Below the pieces are notes generated by a model. The model made no database searches. It was given only the letters and a program-made list of their open reading frames with translations, and was not told where the DNA came from. The position numbers were made by a program, and so were the translations under genes. A stretch of 51,474 bases of DNA, filler included, from Circinaria calcarea (taxonomy: Eukaryota): assembly GCA_051942165.1 (NCBI GenBank). It is 3 parts of 3 records of this genome, joined end to end, with 100 filler letters (N's around TTAATTAATTAA, not from the genome) between each part and the next. Parts side by side here need not be neighbours in the genome. Positions count along the whole stretch, not along the records: positions 34,436 to 51,474 come from JAVECS010000287.1; 2 more parts are not named here. One strand, given 5' to 3'. How positions within the stretch are numbered: position 1 is the first letter of the stretch; every line of letters begins with the position of its first letter. This document shows, piece by piece, positions 34,967 to 48,442 of this stretch.

Positions 34967-37900
34967 TCATCTCAAACTGTTCCCCGTTTTCACCAATTTC
35001 TGAAAAACCACAGCGACTTGCATGCCATCGATAGCGCTCAAATATTCCGCCACCAAGCCGTTGAGGCCATGCTCCTTTGCCCGTTCGATCCATTCCCGTA
35101 AAGCCAAGCCTTCAAAAGGCGTGCCGCTTTCATTCTCCAAAAAGGCCTTTAGTGAATCCATCGGGATCACCACGTCTCCGGATTGGTGCAGGTATTCCAG
35201 CGGTGCCACTGTAGCGTCGCTCCGGTTTTGGAGGACTTCCTTCAGGATGCCGCTGGCGGCGTGAGCGACGGAGATGAAGTCCAAGTACCCCTTCCACCGG
35301 TTGGATTCCGGAACGGATTTAGTCAGGCGGGCAAATTTGAGCAGATTGTTCATCACGTCCATCTCGGGAACTTCTTCACCGGTAATGCTCGATGGACGAT
35401 GAATCCATATGGGTATCCCAAGACGTGCGTGTGCCTTTTCCAGGATGATTTCGCTCGCCCATTTGGTAGCCGCATAGCTATCGGCAAAACCCGGCGGCGG
35501 AGGGAACGATGCCAGTGAAGTTTCACCAAAGGTCTCAGCCTTGTTCAGTCGCCCAACGGCAACCGATGAGACGTAGTGAACGGGGATCTTGCGACCACGT
35601 AATAGCTTTATAATCTCTTTGGTTGACTCGACATTAGACGGCTTCATAGATTGATAACTTTTGAGGAAAGATACATCAGCGCCATTATGGATGACTGCAT
35701 CGGCCTCGTTGAAAATTGAAGATGCGGCTTGCGCGGAGAGTCCGCACCGCTGGAGTCCTAGATCACCTGTGTGAACGACAACCTTCCCCGAGTCGAGGAG
35801 CTCGCCAAGTTTTCCTTCAGTCCGAACCGCGATACAGTGCACTTTGTCGACGTTAGGAGAAACGATCAGTTGTCGAAGGATCTCTTTCCCGAGGAAGCCG
35901 GTTGAACCTGTAAGGATGATTATTCGAGGTGTATAGAGGGTGATCTGTGCATTGCCATGGGGAAGCGGCTTCAATAGGTCTTCGGGCAAAGCCGTCTCCC
36001 CTTCCCAGTCAATTGAGGCAAGCTTGATGCTTCCAGAATCCTGAATGGCTACTGCCATAGCCCTAAGTGTACTGCATTCGAAGAGACGCATCACTGACAG
36101 ATTAGCATTGAAGTGATCCTGAACTAGTCCCTGCAGCTTAATTAGAAGCATGGAATTGCCACCGACATGAAAAAAGTCCGAATCCGCGTCAATGCTGTAG
36201 ACCTGCGTAACGTGCTCCCATAGTACTTCTTCCCAGATCTGTCGGAGTCGAGATTCCGTGGCTGTGAGGTGGTCGCTAGGAGCAGGTCTTTCCAAGCTGT
36301 TCTCAATGGGAAGACGCTCGAGAGCCCGTCTATCAATCTTACCATGTAAGCTTAACGGCATGGACTTGATAGGAATGATGGCTGCTGGTCGCATATACTG
36401 AGGAAGAGGGAGGGTTGGAATTAGCTGCTGGAGAAACTTGCTTTGGCTATCACCGGCGAAGGTCGAAGAAAATACAGCGTGAGCTATAAGGATTGGAGGC
36501 TCTCCCTGAGGCGTAACAACAGTTTCAGCCAAGGCGCCCTCGGCGACCCGAAGGATGGTGTTCTCGATATCTTCTATCTCAATGCGAATCCCTCTGAGTT
36601 TGATTTGTGTATCCCCATGAATGCGGCCATGGATCTCGAGTGCTCCATCTTCCCGAAGCATACCTCTATCTCCCGTTCGATATATTCTCGTCCATCCATT
36701 TGCGATGAAGTGAGATGACATGAAAGCATCGGAAACAAACTTTTGTTTAGCCTGTTCGTCATTGTTTAGATAGCCAATGGCAACACCTGCACCACCAACA
36801 CAAACCTCGCCAGGCACTCCGATTGGCACTGGTTTCAAATCTTCGTCTACAATGTAGACCGAGCAGTTTGGTAATGTATGTCCAGCAGGAACACGTTGGT
36901 CTGGTACCGCTCCAAGTGATAGCTCAGTCCGATTGGATGACACCGTGACTTCAGTTGGGCCATAAACATTGAATAGCCGCAATGAACCCTTGAGCTGACG
37001 CCTTATCTCCCGAAAGTCCTCATAAAGCTTCAGCGGGTATTGCTCACCGACGGAGAGAGCAAACTTCCAGTTGTTGCTATGTACGAGGTCACTGAATCCA
37101 TAGTGAAGCCAGCTGAGATACTCAGATGGTGTTGCGCTGGTATATGTAACCATCTCATCGACAATCACCTTTACCAACCCAATAGGATCTCCACGGATGG
37201 CTCTGGGAGCGACAATAAGGAGTCCTCCGTTGCTGAGTGCGGTAAAAACCTGATCGAGAGAGAGGTCAAAACTGAGCGCACATTGCTGCAGAACAGTCTC
37301 GGAGCCAAACTTATGTGTGTTTATAACCACTTCTATTTGATTGCGTAGGCTAGAATGTGATAAGATGACTCCTTTCGGTATCCCTGTTGTACCACTTGTG
37401 TAGAGTATTGCCGCTGGATCTTTGGCACAAGCCTTAACTTGAATCGTCCCCAAAGCTGACGCCGGAATGCTAGAGATGTTGAGTATGAGAATTGGCGGCG
37501 ATGACTTCAATCGTTCTGCATCGGCTGCTGTGGCATCATGCACAAGTATGGCGGACGGATGGCAAGTTTCTAGCATAAGTGCCAATCTTGGTACCGGTAT
37601 ATTTATATCAAGTGGAACGTATATAGCCCCAATACGCATAACTGCCAGCATGGAGCAGATCCAGTCTGGGGTAGGTTCCTGAAATACGGCGACAGGCGCT
37701 GTTGGAGTAACGTTTGCACTAAGCAGGGCAGCCGCAATTGAGTTAATGCGGTATTTCATTTGCTGGTAGGTCCAGTTATTGCCCTGGGTGTCCTTTAGAG
37801 CAATGGAGTTAGGCTGTCTCACAATAATATCATCGACACGATGTGCGAGAGTTTCTGGCCATTCAGAGGTGAAAGTCAATCCTGCAAGAAGTCAGTATAT

Positions 37901-40900
37901 TGAGTCCAAATCGACCTCTACTGGGACTGGATTTCAAGTGAGGAGTTGTACGAAACGGAATACCGACCTTGGCCAAGTTGGATCGCATTACTAATGTCCT
38001 CAGCGGCGAATAGAGAAGGCTCGTCCAGGCGGGATTTCGGCGACTCTGAAAAGTGCTTCAGAAGATTGAAATAGATCTTGGCTAGCTGTTTGGCATCGCT
38101 AGCGGAATAAAGTTGCTTCTGCACCATAAACATCACAAGAGTATTACTGCCAGGGTTGTCCAAGATATCCAAGCTGATATCATAAGCAGTTCTACCAAAA
38201 GCATACTCTCCTCCTACACCCTCGAAATCTCCAAAGCTTCGTTCTTCTTTCACACCCTGGCGATAGTTGATGAATGCTTGAAACAAAGGGCTGTAAGACG
38301 TGGACCTAGGTGCCTTCACATCTTCAAGCAGTGTATCAAATGGCAACCGCGCATTTGCCATTGCTGAATATGCTTTCCTGCGGGTTTCCTTTAGAACGTC
38401 TCCAAATCGTTGGCTTGAGCTTAGGCGGAATCGCAAGGGAAGCAAATTCAGGTATATTCCCATGCTTTTGGCAGCCGCGTCATCATTACGATTCGCAGTG
38501 GCCATGCCAATGCAAAGATCGCTGGTATTAAGAAGCCTGAATAACATGACTTCATATACAGCCAAGTAGAAATGAAATACATTTGCCTTCTGCATGTGAC
38601 ACGTTTTTCTAATCTGGATGGCCAGGTCGGCATCGATCCGGGAGTCCTCTCGATTGTGGTTGTAGTTTTCCAAAGAGGCGCGAGTTTTAGCCAATGAGAA
38701 TGGGAGCAACGGCAAGGGCGGCGGATGATCCGCGAGTTCAGCTCTCCAGAACTCCATTTCATCCTTCATGCTACCGTTCTTAAGCTCTCGCTTTAGCTTA
38801 GAGGAATAATCTCCATACTGATATGCCGGCTGTGGCAGTGCTCGGTGATTGTATGCCATCTCTAAATCCGAGAGAAATACTTCGAGACTTGCACCATCCA
38901 TGTTGATATGATGGTAGCCGATGACGAGGAAGTTGACTGCCTGTGTTAAACATAGGAGTAAAACTCTCATAGTCTCGCCACGCTCAATATCAAAAACATA
39001 CTCCTTCATTGATTTAAACTCTTGAGAGACTTGACTTGCATCCCCTATCGACAGTGTTTCCAAATGAAGGGGTGATGTGTCAAGAACACCCTGCATCGGC
39101 TTTTGAGCTTCGTCGATGAAGAAACAGGTTCGTAAAGCTTCGTGACGAGCACCCACTATTTTAACCGCATTTTCTAAGTCGGTCAGCCGGATACTCCCTT
39201 GCAACCGGATGGAAAAGGTGATGTTAGACGTAGTCTGATCGGCAAGCAAATGCCTCAAAAACCAGAAACTTGATTGGCCGGGAGACATTGGCAATACCTT
39301 ATGCAAATTACGTTGTGGAATGGAAAGAAATGATTTCATCGACTCTGGCGGGCTTGAAGCGGGAGATAATTCTTGAGTTTCTTCACCTGTAGATTCGCTG
39401 GTACTAGAAGTGGTCGTGTCTGACGAGATCTGCTCAGGCAACGGTACATGAGTTGAAGGAGCAGTTAGCCCAATCTGTGGCTCATCTTCAAGCAAGACTG
39501 GGGGTGCGCTGCAGCTGATTCCTAGATTTGGGGTCAACTCTGCGGGGAGCTTCTCGATAGCGAACATAAGGAGGTCCACAATGGTAGCCCCCCCAAGGAT
39601 TTTGAGCACAGGCATATCGACTTCCAACTCTTTTAAGAACCAAGACCGCACTTCAACAGCTACGAGAGAATCGACGCCAAGCTCGTCGGCACCGGAGCTT
39701 AGAACTTGACTTTGCGCAGTGACACTTTCCAGAGGTAGTTGAAGTGCAATCTGTAGTTTTGCGAAAAATGCATCTTCTCTGGTCAGCATTTCTCTATATC
39801 TAATGAATGAGTTCTACTCACCTTTGACTATCTCAAAAACCTTATCTTGGGTGGATACTTCCAAAAGCTGTATTTTCACAGAGATTACCGCAGTCCCAGA
39901 ATTGGTCTTCACTTCATTAGTTCCACCCCGATCAAGACAATGTTGGAACCGTGGAACATTCATCCAAGGAGCCGGTTCTTCGTCGTTGGTATTTATTATT
40001 CGTAGTCCAGTTACGATCTCTGGATTAAGACCAGGTCCGGGCCGCCCTGCTCGGATAGCCTCAGCAATACACTGGTGAAACCCACGCTCGGACATCCATT
40101 TAAAGCCGGCTCTGTGAATGGCTGCGAACACAATCTCGCCGACTTCTCTCGTAACGTAGCCCACACCCATGACAGCGCCGATATGTAGAACAGAAGCTGC
40201 AAGTCCTTTGCTGCGGCGCTGAAAAGCAGTGGCAGCCAGAAACATGTTCGCTGCACTATAATTTGACTGACCACGATTTCCGGAAATAGCTGCGAGTGAT
40301 GAGAATAAGATAAAAAAGTCCAAAGAATCTTCCTGGAAGAGCTCGTTCAAGTGGATGCAACCCTGCACCTTAGGTCTTAACACCTTCTCCATTGTTTCAA
40401 ATGACATATCGAAAAATGAAGCGTCTTCGAGGACCATCGCACCATGGGCGATACCAGCGATAGGTGGGAACGTGCGGCGAATTTCGGAGACAACTGCTTC
40501 AACGGCAGCTTGATCGGTGATATCACTGCCAGTATTAGCTTTATCTCAGCAGATTTATCAAGGAAGCTATCAACTTTGAAAACACCTTCAACCTCACTCC
40601 CGCCGCTTGTATCTGCTTTAGCCATCTACTGTCGATTTTGGGATTCCGACTGGTAAGGACAAGATTCCGAGCCCCACGGGAAACCATCCAGTCACATAAC
40701 GACAGCCCCAAGTCACTTGTCAGCCCAAACAATATGTACGTCTTGTCATCTGCAAAATGGGTTTGGCCGTCGATCGATGATAATTTAAGGGGAATATCAA
40801 CCGTAACGCTCCAATCCACAACCGTGGACTCGACAATATTAAGGTTGGCTTGTCGGGTGATTTCTTCTGGTTTCATCACCGTCGTTAGGGGAATAGACTT

Positions 40901-43900
40901 GGCGTCTTTGGAGACTTCCACTAATGCTCGGCTTGCAGCACATTTGAGTTCTGGAATTAATTCTTGCTCGGCGACCCTTGCACCCTTTGTCTGAACCTGA
41001 ACCTCCTTTAGTGTTGTCCGTAAACACGAGCCAGGTAGACAAGAAGCGATTGATGATCCGAGGCGTTTGGATTCCGGAGAGACTGAACAGTCAATGAAAA
41101 CGGACACCCTAGGAGGCAAAGCTGCCTTGACTGTTCGACTGGGAGAGTGTGGATGTATTGTAATCCAGGAGTCGCCCAATGGTGCCGGGCTGGAAGTGGT
41201 GACAACGACGGTCAAACTCTTCTCCAAAGCGCGTTCGCAAAGCCTTGCTGCTAACTCTGGAGCAGGCTCATGAAGGAGAAGTGTCAAGCTGTGCCCGCAG
41301 AAAGACAATATACTGTCTACTTTGAGCTCGATTTCTAACAACGATAGCAATCGCGCCTCTTTCCCTTCAGTCAGCCTGCATTGAACTAGTCTCTCTGGTT
41401 CAATTGCTACATGAGAGCTATTGGCAGCCGAGAAACCTAATACCGTTTGCTCTGTTCGAGCATCTGTCCCAAAGACACTGTATATCTGAATAGAGTGTGG
41501 TGCCGCGATAGGCAATAATATTGAGTGACTGACTTTAACAAGAACTTTTGAATCAGATGCCTGCGCTTCTTGCGAGCCAAGGTTACCAGTGAACGGATCA
41601 TCTTGGACCAAATCGTATCCGGACTCAGAACGTTGTAAGCGAAAGGCGGAGGCTTGAGCGCTCTGTTTTTCGATAATTGTTCTCTTAGAGGCGTTGTAGC
41701 GGTCGTTTAGCGCTTGGTTCACAACGAGCCGTGGAATTATTAACCTGCCCTTTTCGTGTACGAGCTCCTGCTCAGTCGACCACAGAACGTTGTTTGTATT
41801 CCCCATATTCTCCCAAGCGCCAGTCAGGCGCAGTCGTAGTAGGGCTTCAGCGAGTAGTCGAGGATTTGGCTTCTCGGAAATATCAAGGTCGAAAAATTGC
41901 AGTCGAACATCAGTCATCTCCAAAGTCAGACTTCGCCCGAACCCAACTGTCATATTCATATAGGGCTCGTCAGCCCTACAGCCTTGAGTAATCCAAAGAA
42001 CAGTTCTCTGGGACTCGAAAAGCCTCTTTAAGCCATTCATGCTCTCGTTGGTAAAATCTTTAAAAATGGGATTGTCTAACTCCGTTACACTAAGTACGGC
42101 GCTTGTTGAAGATATTCTTGAAAAGTCGATATCAGAAAGAGACTTGAAGCAAGTTATCGAAATGTCCCATGGTTGAAGCAATCGAAGAACCTCGTCAATA
42201 AGAATAATAGTGCGCAGACTTTGTCCACCAAGCACAACCAGATTCCATTTATCAATTCCAAAATCTACTCCTGGATGCGAGAGAGGTTCTCGAAGAAAAT
42301 TGATTTGCTCATCAACAGCCTGAGCAGTTATCACGGACAATGGACGTGGTAGTGTGTCAATTTCGGGGGTGATGGAGTCGATTCCGGAAAATCCGGTATT
42401 TAGAAGCAGGCTGTGCCACTTAGCAGATGATACACAAGGCGATAATCGACGACCATCGTTCCGGCCAAGCCACCACCCTGGTAGACCGCTCATTGCAAAT
42501 CCCGTTCTAAGGACGTCGTTATTTGTAATCTCCAGTATTACAAGGTAGCCTCCAGGCTTTAAGAGCCGGCGAGTGTTCTCCATGGTATTCTTGAGGTCGC
42601 TAGTAGCATGGAGGACTAAGGAGCCAATGACAAGATCAAATGAATGTTCTTTGTATCCCTGTTCAACTACATCCTTCTCTGCATCGAGCACTTTGAAAAC
42701 CATCTTGTCCGCTTGCGCGGCGAAGACCTCTTGAGCCGCCTCGAAAAACCCTGGGGAGATATCCGTGTAGGTATAGGAGGAAAATTTCCGGCCGATATAT
42801 TTCATGATGGATTTTGTGGCTCCACCAGTACCAGCGCCTAGAGTCTATTTAGCATAAGATGATTCGGTTCAAGTAAAGTTTTCTTACCAATTTCGAGAAT
42901 TTCCATGTGCGGATAGCGATGAACCACTTGGGCAATAGTTTTGGCTAGGAAATCTGTACATTCCCTAAGGCCCATTGCATCTGTATAGTAGGAGTTCAAG
43001 AGATTATCTGCGAGTAGATGCTGGAGAATATTAGTTTCACCACGAACAGCGCTTGGCAAGTTTTCGCCAACTGCACGAGTGAGTTTCATCTCGATACTAT
43101 CGGGGTATCTAACGTAGAGATTAGCAGACGGCAACATAACAGCTAAAAACAAAACTCATTAGGATCGATCTAAAGGGATAGAATAAATCGATTTTTCACT
43201 TCTACCTCGATCGTAAGCAGCAAGGAACTTAGGAAACAGAACTCACCGGTCCATTATTGCTGAGATCTGTTCCCAGGTATCGTTGACCCACTCCTTCTTA
43301 GCATATGGTAATCTTCCACTGTAAAACTGCGAAAGCACATGTGAAGCAAATTCAAAAAGCGACTCATGATGCCATTCCAGGTTTTGTCGCTCGTTCTCTT
43401 TGATTTCGGTGTCTAATCTCTTGAGGTAGAAGAGCGATACACGTTCTAGCAAAGTGGCCAACTCGTAGTCGTCCTTAGATGCCCGATCTTTTGCCATAGC
43501 AAGTTTGCCGTCAGGAGACGCTACGTCCCAAACGTGCTCCGAAAATATTTGATGATCAAGTTGGGAACCGCCTTCCGAAAAAGATACCACCTTAACCCCT
43601 TCAACTTGTATCAATGCTGATTGTCCATCAGCACCAAAAATGTCCACGTCTCCATGGATCACGCTTGTAGTTAAGGGATTCTCAGTCAAATGTGAGCTCA
43701 ATGGTAGTGTCATCCCTGAAGCCAAGTCCTGCTGGCAGAGTGGAACGTTAATTCGAATGTTCTGAATGCTTGTTGGAACATGCAACTGGTCAAGACTTCC
43801 ATCGTTGGGCCACCAGTAAGCAAGAAAGATTGCCTGAAATGCTGCATCTAGCATAGCTGGATGAACTAGTAGGGCATCTTCTATTGAATTATCCTGCCGT

Positions 43901-46900
43901 GGAACGGAAACGTTAGCGGAACCATAGTTCAGTTTTCTTTTCATTGATGACAGTGCTCTGAAATCTTCAGTGTAGCCATAACCAAGATTATCGAGGGATG
44001 AGTAGAACTGGTCTTCGTTTACAAAAACCATATTAGGGGGTTCGGGAGATCGAGGTGGGAGCCAATCTGTAGAAGGCTCACCGGGGATCACAAGAACCCG
44101 TCCGGAAGCTAGACCTGTGAGAGTATCCGAGTCTTGGTTCGTGCATGCGTGGTAAGTAAATGCTGCCGAAAACCGCCCTGTGCTGTCTTTGGAGATTTTG
44201 GAGAGTGTAAAAACGGTCTCAGCTCCAGACTCATCGTCGTCAAATGTCAGTGGCTTTCCGATTACAAAGTCACAAACTTCTATAAGGCCGATGGGTAAGT
44301 GATTAGCCAAAACTTTGGAGGCTTCCACAGCTGTAGCAATATATCCGGCCGCTGGAAAAACGATTTGTCCCTGGAGTCGGTGGCCGTGAAGCCACGGAAG
44401 TTCACTAGGTCGAAGAAGATTTCGCCAGCGCATCTCGTTCTCAACTTCATCGGTGATCCTAGATCCTAGCAGCGGATGCGGTCGATCCTTTCGAGCACGG
44501 TACACCCTAGACGCGCGAGACTCATGCCAAAATATACGATCGTGATCCCATTGGTATTTCGGTAGGAACTTCAAGAGTTCTCTTTTTTCGCTGCCAGAGA
44601 CCAGAGCATCGTACTGATCGAAGTTAACCGCGTATGGGCCAAGTCGTGTCCAGATAAAACCAAGTGCTTCAGAAACAGCCTCAATTTCATCAACACTACG
44701 GCTGAGCATGCCCGTGTATGGTATAGGCTGTCCATCAGTATCCTGGAAAGCCTGCAGGACTGGCTCTTTGAGGGCTGGGTGCGGGCCGACCTCAATTACA
44801 ATGTTGAAAGGACCTTCTTGGATTATCGCAGCCTCAACCGCTTGCGAGAACAGGACCGGGTTGATCATATTATCTCTCCAGTAGGTCCCTGTAAGCTCAT
44901 CGCGAGCCTCCATTTTCGTACCCTGATATGTGCTCGAGAACCAAGTGCAGCCATCTACTGGCTGTCGAGCTTCAATATGACACTCATGCAATGCGTCAAC
45001 ATAGGCGGTAGAACATGGGATCATGTGGTGGGAATGATAGGCCTTTTCGACCTTCAAGACCCTTGCAAACTTCTTTTCTTCTTCGAAGATGATTTTCGCC
45101 TCTTCAATAGCATCTGAATCTCCGGATAATGTCACGCTGGATGAAGAGTTGCAAGCGGCGACGCATAGACGATTTTCGAAGGATGGTAGGTTGCAGAGCT
45201 CAGTGGCATCCTCAAAGGACGTTCCAACTGCCATCATAGCTCCTTGTTTGTCGCGTCCGGCAAGTTTCGTGAATAGGCCCCGATAGTAAGCAATTTTCAC
45301 GGCTTCGTGGCAAGTTATCACGCCAGCAGCGTAAGCTGCAGCAATTTCTCCGGAAGAATGACCCACGACAGCCTTGAATCGAACCCCAGCACTCCTTAAG
45401 AGATCTACCAAGAGAATTTGAATTGCTGTACACACAGGCTGTGCGATGATAGCTTCATCAATTCGAGATTGCGAACTATCAGCCAGAATTTCCTTGACAA
45501 ACGACCAAGAAGGTCGATGAGCTTCCGGTAACGTTTTGAGCACATGGTCAAGATCGTCCATGAATTTCCGGGCATAATCAGACTTCAGTACCAATTGACG
45601 CCCCATAGTTGCCCATTGGGCTCCTTGGCCAGTGAAGACTCCAAGTACGCGAGGGGGAGTTGTCAACAGTCTGAGACCAACTCCAGCCCCTTGGTTCGGA
45701 TCGCTTCTGACAACTTCCAGATGTTTCTCAATTTTGGAAGCAAGTTCTTTTGACGATATAGCTGAAAAGGCTGCTCTCACAGGTAGCACAGACCTTCTAG
45801 CATGCAAAGTGTAGGATAAATTACGGAGGTTTAAAGCAGGATTGTCCTGGATGTGTGCCGAGTACGCCACGAGCATTGCTTGCAAAGCTTGGTCCGAAGC
45901 GGCAGAAAACGTGAAAGGGGTGAAAGGCGTGATACAGTGAGGCCCTCTTGTTTCAGGAAACACAAAGTTCTCAATGATGGCGTGTGCATTGGTGCCTCCA
46001 AAACCAAAGCTGTTGACGCTGGCACGACGAGGACTTCCTTTCGCAACCTCGGGCCATTGCTTGGCAGTCGTAGCAATCTCCAGATTGCTGTAGAACGGTG
46101 TGATGGCTGGGCTGAGAGTGTTGAATAGTAAATTAGGTGGGATGATCCCGTGCTGGACAGCAAGAGAAGCTTTCAATAGGCCAGCTAACCCCGCCGTTCC
46201 CTCAGTGTGACCAACAACGGTTTTGATAGATCCTACATAGAGCAAATCGCTTTGATCTGAGCGATGAGCATCCGGTGCAAAAAAAGCCTTGCTTATCGCT
46301 TCAGCTTCCTAAGTTCAAAGATTAGTGACGCATCGACACGACACGACACGATGGAAGCTTACACAAGCGTCACCCGCCGAAGTTCCAGTACCGTGAGCTT
46401 CAAAATACTGGCAGCGCTCATTGGGATCTTGCGGATCCAATCCCGCTTTGGCATAGGTCTTGGCAATCAAGTTGGCTTGCGCGATTTGACTCGGCATTGT
46501 AATACCCCTTGTTCGGCCATCCTGATTGACACCTGTTTCACGGATAACACACTCAATGTGATCACCGTCTTTTATTGCCGTGCTGAGTCTCTTCATGACC
46601 ACAGACGCTATGCCCTCTCCCCTCGCATAACCGTCAGCGTCAGCATCCCACATACGAGATCGACTACCAGGGGACAGCATATGCAGCTTGCTCTCGCCAA
46701 TGTATAGTTCGGGACCAAGGATAAGGTTGGCCCCCGCTGCAACCGCAACCTCTGAATCTCCACTCCGTAGAAGCTGGACCGCCTGATGTACTGCAACTAA
46801 GCTAGACGAACAGGCTGTATCGATGGTCATACTGGGACCATGCCAATTAAAGAAGTATGATACACGGTTGGATATGATACTGCGAGCAGTCCCGGTTGGC

Positions 46901-47367
46901 ATATAAGTTGGCGAAGAGTTGATGTCGCGCTGCAGGTGTTCGCTGTAGTCACCGCACATTAGTCCAACGTAAACGCCAGTCTGAGATCCAGATAATGCTT
47001 CAATTGTTATTCCTGCAGACTCCAGAGATTCGTAAACAGTCTCCAACAGCAAGCGCTGTTGGGGATCGACAGAATGTGCTTCTACAGGCTTGATATTGAA
47101 AAACCCGGCATCGAAGACACGATGGTCCTCCTGAAGGAAGTAAGATTCCGTGACGTTTGAAGTACCATGATGCATTCCGTTTGGATGATAAAACCCATCG
47201 GGGTTGAATCTGTCTTTGGGGACTGTGGTGAGCACATCATGGGGTTCACGCAATAGCTCCCAAAGTTTGCTAGGACTATTCGCTGATCCCGGAAATCGAC
47301 AGCTACTCCCGATAACAGCAATAGACTCTTCAGCCATGCCTTTGCGGCTAGGTGACGAGCTTCCCAT
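34967..47367 (-). CDS. Hybrid iterative HR-PKS-NRPS (KS-AT-DH-cMT-ER0-KR-ACP-C-A-T-R), about 3,991 aa; exons 47367-46363, 46308-43247, 43108-42888, 42837-40575, 40525-39822, 39773-37968, 37881-34967
   Basis: [51 protein letters not shown] and [26 protein letters not shown]; degenerate ER ([10 protein letters not shown]); [81 protein letters not shown]. Six GT-AG introns give 11,976 coding nt with no internal stop. Start could alternatively be ATG 47337. Confidence 0.96.
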
Positions 47368-48442
47368 ACTGTCTGGCGCGATACTGAGAGGCTTGTAGAA
47401 AGGACGATCGGGATCCACGGTGTCAATTGGAGTATCAGGTTGAACTGTCTCTTAAACCACCAAGGCTTCAAGGAGAATTAGTCAGACTCGACTGTGATTA
47501 TGAGAAAGAAGATCCATTGTGACGTTAAAGGGGCATCACATGGCTATTCTTTAACGATAGGAGAAATAACAGAACCAGCTAGCAGTAAACACCCTCTCGG
47601 CGCCAGACACGGGAAGTAGTATAGCTTGAAATCGGACTATACACGGAATGTCTCCGAATATGCGAAAAATTCGGAGCTCGACTTCGACCCTGTAGAATCA
47701 AGCCAATCTAGTGTAAGCAAGAAAGCTTCGGGGATATGAACTCGTGTGCTAAGTTTAAGAGAACTCGGACCAAGAAATACGTTTGGGATGCCGAGTTTGC
47801 TCGGATAAGAGCAGTTTACTCGCCAGTAGCCAACAGTGCTTATAATTCTACAATCCATTTTTCTAGCAGGCATGCCCGAATGTGAAAGTGACTCAATCAG
47901 CAAATAGTAATGCAGCAAGAGGATCTAGCGAGCAAGTGGATTGAAATCACTCAAGTAAGATGATTAATATAATTAAGATAGCTAGCTTAATACTCGGATG
48001 GTGGTAGTAGTATCGGTAGAGGTTGTTATTGTTGGTAGCCAAATGATGATGTACTAATCACCATAAGGCTGAGTCACGTGCAGGGCGTGCTCCTTTACGC
48101 GGGCTTGAAACATAATATCTTAGGGTTACCGATGTCTACTGTTCGTAGGCATTAATAATTACCACCGTCGGCCAGGTTAAACCAAGACCGTGAGAGTACA
48201 CGCGACAATCGAAATGCTGTGCCAGCATCCTAATCATGTTGCATTCTTACTGGTGGCTTCGGTTCACAACATTGCTACCCAGATGTGAAAGATTTCGGGA
48301 AGAGAAGAGCACGACTCTATTCAAAAATGTTTCGTAGCCGATTCGGCGACTTATGCGAAGGTGATTATATGCCTAGTGGCCAGTCTACGCTCCCCGGTAC
48401 ACATAGGAACTTTCGTCGGATCAAGAGTGGGGACGAGAAAAG
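47368..48442. promoter_or_regulatory. Divergent (bidirectional) promoter region between the PKS-NRPS and the PydY-like gene; TGASTCA at 47889-47895 and 48070-48076, CACGTG at 48075-48080
   Basis: Head-to-head gene orientation; motifs read directly; function inferred only. Confidence 0.5.

Noticed and set aside
43109..43246. Nested or twin intron in PKS-NRPS intron 2 (internal CTAAT...TTTTAG)
   Set aside because: The remaining 34 nt are too short for a second intron, and the upstream acceptor gives an immediate stop; the single 138-nt intron restores the frame.
29433..47367. ABC transporter as the exporter of the PKS-NRPS cluster
   Set aside because: Separated by the artificial spacer at 34336-34435; the transporter is truncated there and sits among housekeeping genes on another contig.
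34967..47418. PKS-NRPS as several separate genes or a pseudogene
   Set aside because: Six GT-AG introns join all seven ORF pieces in frame with catalytic motifs intact.
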